DNA from: Candidatus Woesearchaeota archaeon
GTDB taxonomy: Archaea; Nanobdellota; Nanobdellia; Woesearchaeales; UBA11576
Length of the DNA stretch: 60,000 nucleotides
Assembly (NCBI GenBank): GCA_043819495.1
Contig: JBDRET010000030.1
Location: 71,463-131,462, forward strand
Direction: 5' to 3'
Made by a program: the position numbers and the translations under genes
Notes under the pieces: model-generated
The model's input: the letters and a program-made list of their open reading frames with translations, nothing else
Told to the model about the DNA's origin: nothing
The model's database searches: none
Part shown: in pieces, positions 1-8,981 of the stretch
How the letters are laid out: every line of letters starts with the position of its first letter
How positions within the stretch are numbered: position 1 is the stretch's first letter

Positions 1-405
1 ATGCTCCAGGAGATCGAGGTCCCAAAGCAGAAACAGGTGGATATGGACAGGCTTTTCGAGCAGGCGAGTGACATTGAGGAACAGGTGAAGTCAGCTAAGA
101 TCAAACTTGATGGCGGTGGTTCAGACTATGGTAAGCGTATCCAGGAACTGCTTCCTCAGAACACCCTGCAGGAGATCCAGCAGTGGTACTCACAGGATAA
201 TGTCCCTCCGACGAGGGAGGAGTTCCTTACTGTCTACGAGCATGCAAGGGAAGCATATTCTACTGTTCAGCAGAGCATGCAGGATGCCCCTAATAAGGAG
301 CTTTATTCATCACCATCAGATAAGCTTGTAGAGAATGTGGTCAGTTCGATGCGTATATTGCGTTCGATGGGCTACAAGATGGACTGGTTCGGACCCGCAG
401 GATAG
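1..405 (+). CDS. hypothetical protein (probably 5'-truncated by the window edge)
   Basis: ORF open from position 1; no recognisable motif; 14 bp upstream of the next gene. Confidence 0.6.
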   Translation: MLQEIEVPKQKQVDMDRLFEQASDIEEQVKSAKIKLDGGGSDYGKRIQELLPQNTLQEIQQWYSQDNVPPTREEFLTVYEHAREAYSTVQQSMQDAPNKELYSSPSDKLVENVVSSMRILRSMGYKMDWFGPAG

Positions 406-419
406 AAGATATGAGCTGA

Positions 420-1238
420 TTGGCTTGGAGATATGATAAGAACATGGAGACTGATCTTAAACCACGGAAGCTGCACAATCTTGGGCATGTTGATGACAAG
501 AGATTCAGGCAGCTGCAGGTATTTTCAGATGCGCTGGTTGCCAGATACCCTAAAGCGATGGCTTCTATCATTGTCAAGCGCCCTGTTTCAGTGAGCGCAG
601 ATCTTGAGGTGCTTCTTGTAGTTGATGACCTGAATGATCTTGTTGTCGCAAAGAAGGTATCTGATATGAGGATTGCTGCTTCAGAGCTTGCGTTCTCAAA
701 GGACCTCCCTATACGCTGTGATGCGATGCATGCATCTGATCTCTGGAAGGGTTTTCAGTCGTATGATCATGACGCTCTTCAGATTTTCCGGGAATCCCTT
801 ATGGTCCATGATAATGGTTTCTTTGCCCCATTGCAGGAGCTTCTTATCACAGGTAAGATGCGCCCTTCAAAGGAGAGTGTCAATATATATTTCATAAAGG
901 CGGAACGGTCGATCAAGAATGCAAATGGCAATGTCGCAAAGGCAGTCCTTGACCTGTATTGGGCAGTGATAGATTCAGCTCATGCTGCTGTCATGGTAGC
1001 AGGTATAACTCCTCCTTCGCCAAAGGATCTTGCAGATACTGTCAAACGTGAGCTGGTCCTCAGGAATCTTGTGCATAAGAGATGCGGAGAGATAGTGGAG
1101 CGGTTCTATGATATCGCCAAGAAGATAATGCACAAGGAAGTGATAGATATATCTGGTAAGGAGTTCGATTCATATCTGCATGACGCTGATTTTTTCATGA
1201 AAGAGATAGATAAGTTCGTAAGGGAGCATGTGAAATAA
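420..1238 (+). CDS. nucleotidyltransferase-like (degenerate Pol-beta fold) plus HEPN-like domain protein
   Basis: Paralog of 3320-4144 (DLYWAVIDSAHAAVM vs DLYWSVVDSSHAVLM); has ADLEVLLVVDD but lacks the FGS motif. Confidence 0.7.
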   Translation: MAWRYDKNMETDLKPRKLHNLGHVDDKRFRQLQVFSDALVARYPKAMASIIVKRPVSVSADLEVLLVVDDLNDLVVAKKVSDMRIAASELAFSKDLPIRCDAMHASDLWKGFQSYDHDALQIFRESLMVHDNGFFAPLQELLITGKMRPSKESVNIYFIKAERSIKNANGNVAKAVLDLYWAVIDSAHAAVMVAGITPPSPKDLADTVKRELVLRNLVHKRCGEIVERFYDIAKKIMHKEVIDISGKEFDSYLHDADFFMKEIDKFVREHVK

Positions 1239-1239
1239 G

Positions 1240-3291
1240 ATGCAATTCAGCTCAGGGCCGTATTACACGCCGATGGACAGGGAATATCATGGAAGGGAGT
1301 TCCATGGAGGTATTTCTGATGAGCCTAAGATTGAGAAGCCGATAATGGCGATCAATGAGTTGGGCATAACTGTCGTAGAGAAGGATCCGATAACAGGTGG
1401 AGGGTTCATCCAGAACGTCGATGCTGCGATAAGGATGGGTGCAAGCAAGATGCAGCTGGTCTTCAATCAATCATCCCAGCAGGCGATAGGTGGCAGGCCT
1501 AAAGCATATGGTAAGGAAGTACGTGAGAACATCCGTGAGCTTGCCAGAGTGAACGAGGTAGCGATAGAAGGGGTTGAGATGCCGACATCAAGCATGAGCA
1601 ACCTTTCAGGTTTTGATCCACAGCGGTTCAATATCTCTGAGCAGAAGAGGCAGACGGACCTTCAGGAAGTAAAGGATGCGATAAAGTTCCTTGGTGATGT
1701 CGCTGGTGGTGGTGGTGTTGATATCTGGTCACAGGAGTTCACGAGAAATATAGTTGATGCTTCATGGAACGTCAAAGGTAAGCATGCAGGTAAGTTTGAG
1801 GCGTATGAGGAAGAGAATAAGTTCGCTACAGAATATCTTGTAGACAAGCGTACAGGACAGGTCCAGCAGGAGATAAAGCATTCGTCAGATATCTACGAGC
1901 CCGTATACGCTGAATCCGATAAGGAGAAGTGGGGCAAGGATCGTGAGAATAATGATGTCCTCATCAAGAAAGGTGATTGGGTGGATATAGATGGTAGATG
2001 GATCGATCCGCTTGACAAGGAGGCACTGCTTCATAGGGTGCCTGCATGGGATGAGATTAATAAGAAATTTAAGACAAGAGCCGTAGATTGGGACGAGATA
2101 GTCAAAAGGACTTCAGAGTTCAATGATCGTTTCTCTAAAAAGGTAGGTTCTGAATTGGATCCTGGAGAGTACGCGTTCAGGTTACAGCTTGAGAATAAAT
2201 GGATCCAGGCAAGAGGTCATTCGTTGTTCTATACTGCCCGGTATGAGACTGAGAGGAAACAGAGGAATGCATTGAAGGATGCATTGAATTATTATGAGAA
2301 GCTAGAGAGTACGATGCCTAAGGAAGAGATAGACAGGATAATGCAGGAGGACAATTCATTGAAGAGTACTCTGGGAGGGCAGTTCATACCTTCAGAATAT
2401 AAGCGACCGACAGATATCATAAAAGAAGGTCTTGAGCAGATCGAGCATCACCTCAAGCACGTCCATGAGGCGTCTGCAGCATCTGATGCGCAGGCTGATG
2501 AGGTATTGCGGACCATGGGCGAGGTTGTCTCTCTGAAGAAATTTGCAAAAGAGAAAGCTATCGATTCTTATTCTGATGCAGGGATATTTGCCCTTGATGA
2601 GGAGAAGCATAACAAGAACGTGACAAGGACGATTCATGTAGGACCTGAGATAGGATGGCCTACAGGTTATGGAGGACATCCTGATGAGTTCATAGAGCTG
2701 ATACAGGAATCACGCAAGAAGATGACTGAGAAGCTCATCAAGGATAGGGGTTATTCACAGAGTGAAGCTAAAGAAGAGGCTAAGAAGCATCTGAAAGGAT
2801 GTTTTGACACTTCGCATCTTGGTATGTGGCTCAATCATTTCAAGAAAGAGCATCAGGAGAGTGAAGAGCACCGCCTTAAGAGATTCAATAAGTGGTATAT
2901 GGAGATGGTGGACAAGATGCAGGAGGCAGGAGTGATAGGTAGCGTGCAGGCTGTCGATTCTGCAAGTGGTGCGCACGGGCATCTGCCTCCAGGACAGGGA
3001 ATATTCCCTGTGGTAGAGGCAGTCGATCTTCTGAAGTCAAAAGGATTCACTGGTTTTGTAGTATCTGAAGGCCATGAGGAAGAGCAGTTCGGCAGAGGGC
3101 GTATATTGCTCCAGACCTGGAGGGCTTTTGGTGCAGACATCACTGACAGTTATTTTGCTCCTGGGGCGCAGACCCGATGGAGCGATGTTTCAGAATCATA
3201 TTTCGGACATGCAAACCCTCCGCCTTACATCGTAGGCCAGTACAGGCCAAGTGATGACTGGGTGTTCTGGAGCGGTGTGCCATTGGAGTGA
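1240..3291 (+). CDS. xylose-isomerase/AP-endonuclease-2-like TIM-barrel protein with a large helical insertion
   Basis: C-terminal motifs GPE, CFDTSH, D-x5-HGHLPPGQG, VSEG; about 270-aa charged insertion in the middle. Confidence 0.7.
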   Translation: MQFSSGPYYTPMDREYHGREFHGGISDEPKIEKPIMAINELGITVVEKDPITGGGFIQNVDAAIRMGASKMQLVFNQSSQQAIGGRPKAYGKEVRENIRELARVNEVAIEGVEMPTSSMSNLSGFDPQRFNISEQKRQTDLQEVKDAIKFLGDVAGGGGVDIWSQEFTRNIVDASWNVKGKHAGKFEAYEEENKFATEYLVDKRTGQVQQEIKHSSDIYEPVYAESDKEKWGKDRENNDVLIKKGDWVDIDGRWIDPLDKEALLHRVPAWDEINKKFKTRAVDWDEIVKRTSEFNDRFSKKVGSELDPGEYAFRLQLENKWIQARGHSLFYTARYETERKQRNALKDALNYYEKLESTMPKEEIDRIMQEDNSLKSTLGGQFIPSEYKRPTDIIKEGLEQIEHHLKHVHEASAASDAQADEVLRTMGEVVSLKKFAKEKAIDSYSDAGIFALDEEKHNKNVTRTIHVGPEIGWPTGYGGHPDEFIELIQESRKKMTEKLIKDRGYSQSEAKEEAKKHLKGCFDTSHLGMWLNHFKKEHQESEEHRLKRFNKWYMEMVDKMQEAGVIGSVQAVDSASGAHGHLPPGQGIFPVVEAVDLLKSKGFTGFVVSEGHEEEQFGRGRILLQTWRAFGADITDSYFAPGAQTRWSDVSESYFGHANPPPYIVGQYRPSDDWVFWSGVPLE

Positions 3292-3319
3292 TTGTAGAAT
3301 AGGAGATAAGAGGATAATC

Positions 3320-4144
3320 ATGCAAGCAAGGACAACATCAAGAAAATATGTCGCAACACCTGGCGAGATAGAGGAGATTGTCAAGAGTTTCTCTGACTCT
3401 ATGCAGAAAGAGATGGGTGCTCTGATAAAATCAGTTGTCTGGTTCGGCTCTGCTGTGCGTGGAGGATTCAAGGAAGGCAAGCTTTCATTGAGGGATGATG
3501 CGCTCTTTGGCAGTGACATAGATATCCTTATCATATTTGATGATCTGGTGCACATACTTACACCTGAAGTGATAACTGCTTATCGTGTGGTGACTGAGAA
3601 GGTCGCATCAGATGTATCTAAACGTCTCCATGTGACCAGCATGCCGCTCACGAAATTCTGGGATTATTCATTGAAGGGAGATCCTATATTGATAAACATG
3701 TTGCGTGACGGTACTGCAATCCATGATGAAGGATGTTTTGGCATGGCAAAGAGGATGCTAGGGTCAAGGATGATCCTTCCTAGCAAAGAGATAGTCTGGA
3801 TATATCTTGCTAAGGGTCCGATGTCAGTATCTAATGCTAAATGGAACATGAGACAGGCAGTCATCGACCTGTACTGGTCTGTTGTCGACTCATCTCATGC
3901 AGTATTGATGCATCAGGGGATAGTTCCTGAGACTCCTGATCATATCATACCATTGCTCAAGACGCATCTGGTGATTACAGGAAAGATGGATAAGAGATAC
4001 CTGTCGATCGCTACAGAACTGGTCAATGTAGGAAAGATGCTGATGTCTGGCGAGATCCATAAGGTATCTGGTGACCATTACGACAGGTACCGAAAGGAAG
4101 CAGAAAAGTTCTTTCACGCAATCAAGGGGATCCTTTCAGCATAA
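3320..4144 (+). CDS. minimal nucleotidyltransferase (MNT) plus HEPN-like domain fusion
   Basis: VVWFGSAVRG...SDIDILIIFDD Pol-beta signature; helical C-terminal domain with Y-x6-H; ATG at 3320 after a purine-rich RBS. Confidence 0.8.
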   Translation: MQARTTSRKYVATPGEIEEIVKSFSDSMQKEMGALIKSVVWFGSAVRGGFKEGKLSLRDDALFGSDIDILIIFDDLVHILTPEVITAYRVVTEKVASDVSKRLHVTSMPLTKFWDYSLKGDPILINMLRDGTAIHDEGCFGMAKRMLGSRMILPSKEIVWIYLAKGPMSVSNAKWNMRQAVIDLYWSVVDSSHAVLMHQGIVPETPDHIIPLLKTHLVITGKMDKRYLSIATELVNVGKMLMSGEIHKVSGDHYDRYRKEAEKFFHAIKGILSA

Positions 4145-4269
4145 TCTTTGTACTATTTCTTGTTTACATTATTTATAGTTCCAGCACCGCCGCCTAGCGA
4201 GCGCAGCAGGGGTGATGCGGGATTAAGATAGCAGTAGTTTTAATAATCTCCTCATCTACATCAACTCTT

Positions 4270-4791
4270 ATGGACTCCGCCCTCCTTGAAAAAATAAAAC
4301 GCACCTATTCCAAGAGACACAGCACTCTACTCATATCAGGACAATCACAGCGCGCCACTGCTTTAGGTTACTGGGCAGCATCTGACCCGACACAACTTTT
4401 CGAGCTGTTCAAGAAAGTCAGACTCCAGAACTTCAAGAAGTTTCTTGACCTCGGCTCTGGTGATGGTATCGCAGTCGCTGTCGCTTCTCTTTTCACAGAT
4501 GCATCAGGGATAGAGATCGATGCAGAGCTCCATAAGGAAGCAAAGCAGTTGACCTCAAGACTTGGTCTGCACTGTACTCTGAAATGCAAGGATTATCTGG
4601 ATGAAGACCTGTCTGCATATGACTTTATCTTCATCAACCCTGACAATTATTTCCACAGGCTCGAGAAGAAGCTGGTGGAAGAGTTCAAGGGGACTCTTGT
4701 CATTGTTGATAATATATTCAGGCCTCTCACTCTGGATACTGGCCGATCGCTGTCTGTTGCAGGAGTCAGCTACAGCAGGTTTTTGCTATGA
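4270..4791 (+). CDS. class I SAM-dependent methyltransferase
   Basis: FLDLGSGDG motif I, GIEID motif II, YDFIFIN. Confidence 0.85.
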   Translation: MDSALLEKIKRTYSKRHSTLLISGQSQRATALGYWAASDPTQLFELFKKVRLQNFKKFLDLGSGDGIAVAVASLFTDASGIEIDAELHKEAKQLTSRLGLHCTLKCKDYLDEDLSAYDFIFINPDNYFHRLEKKLVEEFKGTLVIVDNIFRPLTLDTGRSLSVAGVSYSRFLL

Positions 4792-4875
4792 TTGTGCTGT
4801 TCATGCTCTTATGATCCGCTCATACAGGCAGTTATGATAGACACTTTTTTATACTCTATTTGTGTGTTGACCTTT

Positions 4876-5922
4876 ATGGCATTCAGCAAATACCTTGAAA
4901 TGAGCCTTAAAGCACTCAGGAAAGAGAAGAAGATTCTTGGACTCATTCGTAGACATGTGTTGGAGATAAGGTCATCTCTTGAGGATGCGTATACTGGAGC
5001 AAAAGAGGATAATCCGAAATTCGGGACCATGGCTGAAAGCATCAAGAGACATTGCAGGTCTAAACTTATCATTATACACAGGTTAGCGTCTGGCTTGCAG
5101 GCACAGAATATGAAGTTCACTGTAGGGGTGACAGGGATCAAAGGCGATATGAAGGCAAAACCGCTCAATGAAGTGATACCTCTTGTCCAGGATATTGAAT
5201 CAGATATGTTACGCATGAAAAACTTCTTTGATATCAGTAAAGGGAGTCTGTCTTTCATCTTTCGTGACAAGAGATTGATTGGTTTTGATGGTTCTTGTTC
5301 ACAGTTGATGAGAGTGATCGATGATAATATAGTCCATTCTACTTTAGATTCTATGGAAAGTGATGTGGATAGGGTATATGGACTTCTGAATGGGGATATC
5401 AAAGTGATGCATCTGCTGATAGGTCATGGGATAAGCACATCTGAACGTGCCGCCCATATGTTCAGGAGGCATCAGTACATCATAGATACTTCTTTCCTGG
5501 TCAATGTCGAGAAGTCAAAGAAGGGTGCTGCTGACTACAGGTTTGATTTTGATTCTGACCTTGTGATGCTGAATAAAGTGGACAGGGAATGCATGAGGCA
5601 CATAAAAAATGACTTGAGAGCATATGTCAATGGGATTGCTGTGCGGGGAGATGAATCTGAAGCAAGACCTTATCTGACTAATGTGGAGAATGCATGGATT
5701 GTGAATCACACTGCTGGTAAGAGCATCAATGATTTTAAGAAGGGAGCAGATATCTGGATACTTGCTTATGCCTGGGCAAAGTCAATATCAAAGAAGCCAG
5801 TCCTGATATTGTCCGATGATCCTGCTGATTTTGCACCGGTAGTTGAATACATGCATGATGTTGAGAAGTTACCTGTCAAGCTGTTAGGTTTTAAGGATAT
5901 TAAAACAAGAAAGATCATTTGA
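4876..5922 (+). CDS. protein with a C-terminal PIN (RNase) domain
   Basis: YIIDTSFL...ADIWILAYA...VLILSDD acidic PIN pattern; helical N-terminus; start chosen at MAFSKY. Confidence 0.65.
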   Translation: MAFSKYLEMSLKALRKEKKILGLIRRHVLEIRSSLEDAYTGAKEDNPKFGTMAESIKRHCRSKLIIIHRLASGLQAQNMKFTVGVTGIKGDMKAKPLNEVIPLVQDIESDMLRMKNFFDISKGSLSFIFRDKRLIGFDGSCSQLMRVIDDNIVHSTLDSMESDVDRVYGLLNGDIKVMHLLIGHGISTSERAAHMFRRHQYIIDTSFLVNVEKSKKGAADYRFDFDSDLVMLNKVDRECMRHIKNDLRAYVNGIAVRGDESEARPYLTNVENAWIVNHTAGKSINDFKKGADIWILAYAWAKSISKKPVLILSDDPADFAPVVEYMHDVEKLPVKLLGFKDIKTRKII

Positions 5923-6610
5923 TTTCCTTTGGGTCTTTTATTGCGTATCTGTAACTGCTGTTCTTTTCATGATCCAGTTCATGCTCTGCATTGAATGCTG
6001 ATCCTTCTGTCATCTCGATTATCTTCTGCATTGTCCTATCGATCAGTTGAGTTTGTTCTGTAGATATTGAGATGTATTTTCCATCTTTTCCGCACTTCTC
6101 TGCTGTGATGATTTCAGGATTCGGGTCTCCAGGGAATAATGCGAGATATCTCCTCATGCCTGTGCGCAAGAAGTCACTGGCAACTCTTGAGTGTATGTCT
6201 TCCCTAGATTCGTATCCTGTGGTGTAGGGAACCAGTACCCTCACAAGGTAATGTTCAGGATCATTTTCGATCGGTTCTTGTCCTGAAGTGCGGGTCACCA
6301 TATCGACCAATGTCCCATTGACTCTGGCAGCTCTCCGTTCTACAACAAGATGTGCCCCGGTCATCACTGCTTTTTCTATGCAGTCTTTCATGATAAGGAT
6401 GGGATTTTTCCGGTTAAGTTCTTCGCCCAAGATGTGGGACAATTGTCTCTTTGATACATGCTGTTGCGACAGATCTATGTAGCTCTTGTGTTGCTCTACT
6501 GCATTCTTCTTGCACCGTTGTTTAGTTTTCACGATATCCCCTGAATATTTACTCCCTATATTATTCAGAGGGTCCTGTTTATAAATATTATTATTTTTAA
6601 CTACTGACAC
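5915..6610 (-). CDS. hypothetical protein
   Basis: 231-aa ORF, start uncertain, no motif. Confidence 0.55.
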   Translation of the reverse strand: MSVVKNNNIYKQDPLNNIGSKYSGDIVKTKQRCKKNAVEQHKSYIDLSQQHVSKRQLSHILGEELNRKNPILIMKDCIEKAVMTGAHLVVERRAARVNGTLVDMVTRTSGQEPIENDPEHYLVRVLVPYTTGYESREDIHSRVASDFLRTGMRRYLALFPGDPNPEIITAEKCGKDGKYISISTEQTQLIDRTMQKIIEMTEGSAFNAEHELDHEKNSSYRYAIKDPKEIK

Positions 6611-6657
6611 GTAATTACAATAAAATGGGTTTTAAGGTCATTTAAATGGATTATGAT

Positions 6658-7269
6658 TCATTTTCCGCCACCTCCACCCGAACCACTCGACCCTCCACTA
6701 TATCCTCCGGAACTTCCTCCTTTGCCGCCAGAATAAGCGCTTCCACCAGCATAAGCTGCGCCACCTTTCCCTGCTTTTCCAAGATATCCTGCGGATTTCC
6801 CTTCTGCCATCATCAGGCCATAAAGTCCATTGAGTACATTGTATAGTGCTTTACCCCTGTTCTCGTGTGGAGTCACAACACCCATATTGTACATTGTCCC
6901 ATCTGGCGCAGTATACTGTATACTCAGTTGCGATGTAGGTCCATACCCTTCAGGTCTCATCTGATGCATGCCCTGCATCGCCTGCATAGGGTTATAGCTG
7001 TTCAGCATATTTGGTCCTATCTGTGATGGGAGTGCATACTGGCTTGCAGGTCTTGGTCCTCCCTGCCCTCGCATCCCTGCAGGATGACTTGCTGTCGGTG
7101 TCATGAGGAATTTGTTCTCCTCGTCTTCATCGAGTCCCAATTCTTTCAGGAATCTCCTGATATTATCATCGTATTGGCTCGTGCCTGATCTGGATCCTTT
7201 AGGTCGGTCTGTTCCATTCTCTTTTTCATATCCCATATATATGGGAGCCATCATATTTGTAGCTTGCAT
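6658..7269 (-). CDS. low-complexity hypothetical protein (Met/Gln/Pro-rich centre, Gly/Ser-rich tail)
   Basis: GGTGA RBS before ATG 7269; C-terminus SGGKGGSSGGYSGGSSGSGGGGGK. Confidence 0.7.
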   Translation of the reverse strand: MQATNMMAPIYMGYEKENGTDRPKGSRSGTSQYDDNIRRFLKELGLDEDEENKFLMTPTASHPAGMRGQGGPRPASQYALPSQIGPNMLNSYNPMQAMQGMHQMRPEGYGPTSQLSIQYTAPDGTMYNMGVVTPHENRGKALYNVLNGLYGLMMAEGKSAGYLGKAGKGGAAYAGGSAYSGGKGGSSGGYSGGSSGSGGGGGK

Positions 7270-7430
7270 ATCTCTCACCTTGCATGTTTATCCTATATGT
7301 TGTGACATCAGTGCAACTGCATAGATGCCTGTATGGTGATATGTCTGCCAGAATTAAATGGATTTATCTTGCATAGCATACTTTAATGTGACATTGCTGT
7401 CCCGGACGTGCGGAGCTGTCTTGCCCTGTT

Positions 7431-8981
7431 TCACTTCTTGGGTATTATGTCATCAGTCTTGGCACGTTCTCTTTTTGCTTCGTAGTGCTTGCCGTCCTCA
7501 TCCTTGTCAAGGATCTCCCAGCGTTTAGAGCTGTTCCGATCAAAGTCTATCCGAAATGGTCTGTCTCCGATCACTGCCTTTACGTCATATCGCTCTATCC
7601 TGCCATCTTCTTGCGTGATTGAGACGTTATCTCCTATGATATTGACCTTGACCTTCTTTCCCTTATATTTTTCGTCAGGCTTGTAGAACTCGACAACCCT
7701 TGCCCCGCCAGTGTATTCCAGTGCGATCCATTTGATCTCTGCAGCCATGCGTCCATGGTCAGGTGTCTTTTCAGGGTCTATGTCTCTTTTTACGTGTACC
7801 TTGAAGCGGGTAGGCGTGTCGTCAGCAGATGCAGTATAGTTGTCAGGGAGGAAATGTTCCCAACCATTATTGTCTATGTCGTATGCTGCCATGTCGACCT
7901 TGCCCGCTTCTGCGATATGCAGAGGATTCAGGTCACTGATGTCTGGTCGTGCTCTTGACTCTTCCATCCTTTTCTTCTGGAACACGAGGTCTATCAGCTC
8001 TTTACGCTGGAGAAGCTCTTGTCCGTTCTCTATCATGAATACTCTTCCTACATGGTCTGGCACACCATATCCTGGATCCCCCTCAAAATCGAAGTCTGCT
8101 ACGATGACTTCAAGTTCATCAGATCCTGAAGGCTTGAATATCCTCACTGCGGGAAGCTCCTCTTTGTCCCCTTTGTCGTCTAGCCTGTAGACTTCAATAT
8201 AGTCCGGCTTTTTTTCAGGGTCGTTATCAAGGTTGAATGACTTTATCATTATGCCGCCTTTACGTCTCTTATACGTCCAGGGATTGACACCTTTGTCGAC
8301 CTTATACTGTGGGTTAGGTATCTTTTCAAGGAATGACAGTATGTGCGCGACCTCTTCAACTACAAGGTCCTTGTCATCGATGTCTCCACTTTTACGTGCT
8401 TTCTTGACATAATCAGCATCGAATTCTCTTGTTGCCCTATTTAGCGGGAAATGTGTTGAAAGGGAATATCTTTCATCAGGTTTTACAGAGAACTGGCTCA
8501 TGGCATTTCCATAATATCCATAGCTGTAGTAGCCTCCATACCAGTTATGTGGTTGGACAAGATCCTTGAATTTACGCTCAAGCACCTTGGATTGGAGCAT
8601 ATCCAGATGGAACTTCCACACTTTCTCCTGTTTCTGCAGGTGTTCGCCGATGCCTGTACTGTCCATGTATTTCATCCATTCTATTGATCCTTCTGTCTTC
8701 AGGCTCTCATGGATATCCGAATAGGTCTGCTTCACTACCTGGAGAGTATCTTCATCACTGAACACATCATAGTTCAGCTCATAGGTCACAGTGCCGTCTT
8801 CGTGCTCTGTCTTGTCTGTGAATAATCTTCTTCGACCTTCTGCAGCACCGACTTCTGCCTGGGATCTTGTGTAACCTTTTGCCATTATCTTGTCTTCCAG
8901 GTTCTTTTCGAAGCTTTCACATCCTGCCATGGTGCTGATTATCCCTAATGCAAGAAGTGCTTTTGTTATTGCGTGTCTCAT
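7431..8981 (-). CDS. putative lipoprotein, acidic, with Dx[DN]xDG-like Ca-binding loops
   Basis: MRHAITKALLALGIISTMAG|C lipobox-like signal; DNDPEKKPD, DFDFEGDPG, DKDEDG motifs; ATGA overlap with the upstream gene. Confidence 0.7.
   Translation of the reverse strand: MRHAITKALLALGIISTMAGCESFEKNLEDKIMAKGYTRSQAEVGAAEGRRRLFTDKTEHEDGTVTYELNYDVFSDEDTLQVVKQTYSDIHESLKTEGSIEWMKYMDSTGIGEHLQKQEKVWKFHLDMLQSKVLERKFKDLVQPHNWYGGYYSYGYYGNAMSQFSVKPDERYSLSTHFPLNRATREFDADYVKKARKSGDIDDKDLVVEEVAHILSFLEKIPNPQYKVDKGVNPWTYKRRKGGIMIKSFNLDNDPEKKPDYIEVYRLDDKGDKEELPAVRIFKPSGSDELEVIVADFDFEGDPGYGVPDHVGRVFMIENGQELLQRKELIDLVFQKKRMEESRARPDISDLNPLHIAEAGKVDMAAYDIDNNGWEHFLPDNYTASADDTPTRFKVHVKRDIDPEKTPDHGRMAAEIKWIALEYTGGARVVEFYKPDEKYKGKKVKVNIIGDNVSITQEDGRIERYDVKAVIGDRPFRIDFDRNSSKRWEILDKDEDGKHYEAKRERAKTDDIIPKK

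Noticed and set aside
3251-3319. Upstream extensions given by the ORF track (also at 4792, 33386, 39867, 52243)
   Set aside because: They overlap neighbouring genes or repeats; downstream ATGs fit the RBS and family N-termini better
4809-5402. Long antisense ORFs (also 46498-47091, 44170-44739, 54919-55443 and others)
   Set aside because: They are shadows of better-supported genes on the opposite strand and carry no motifs
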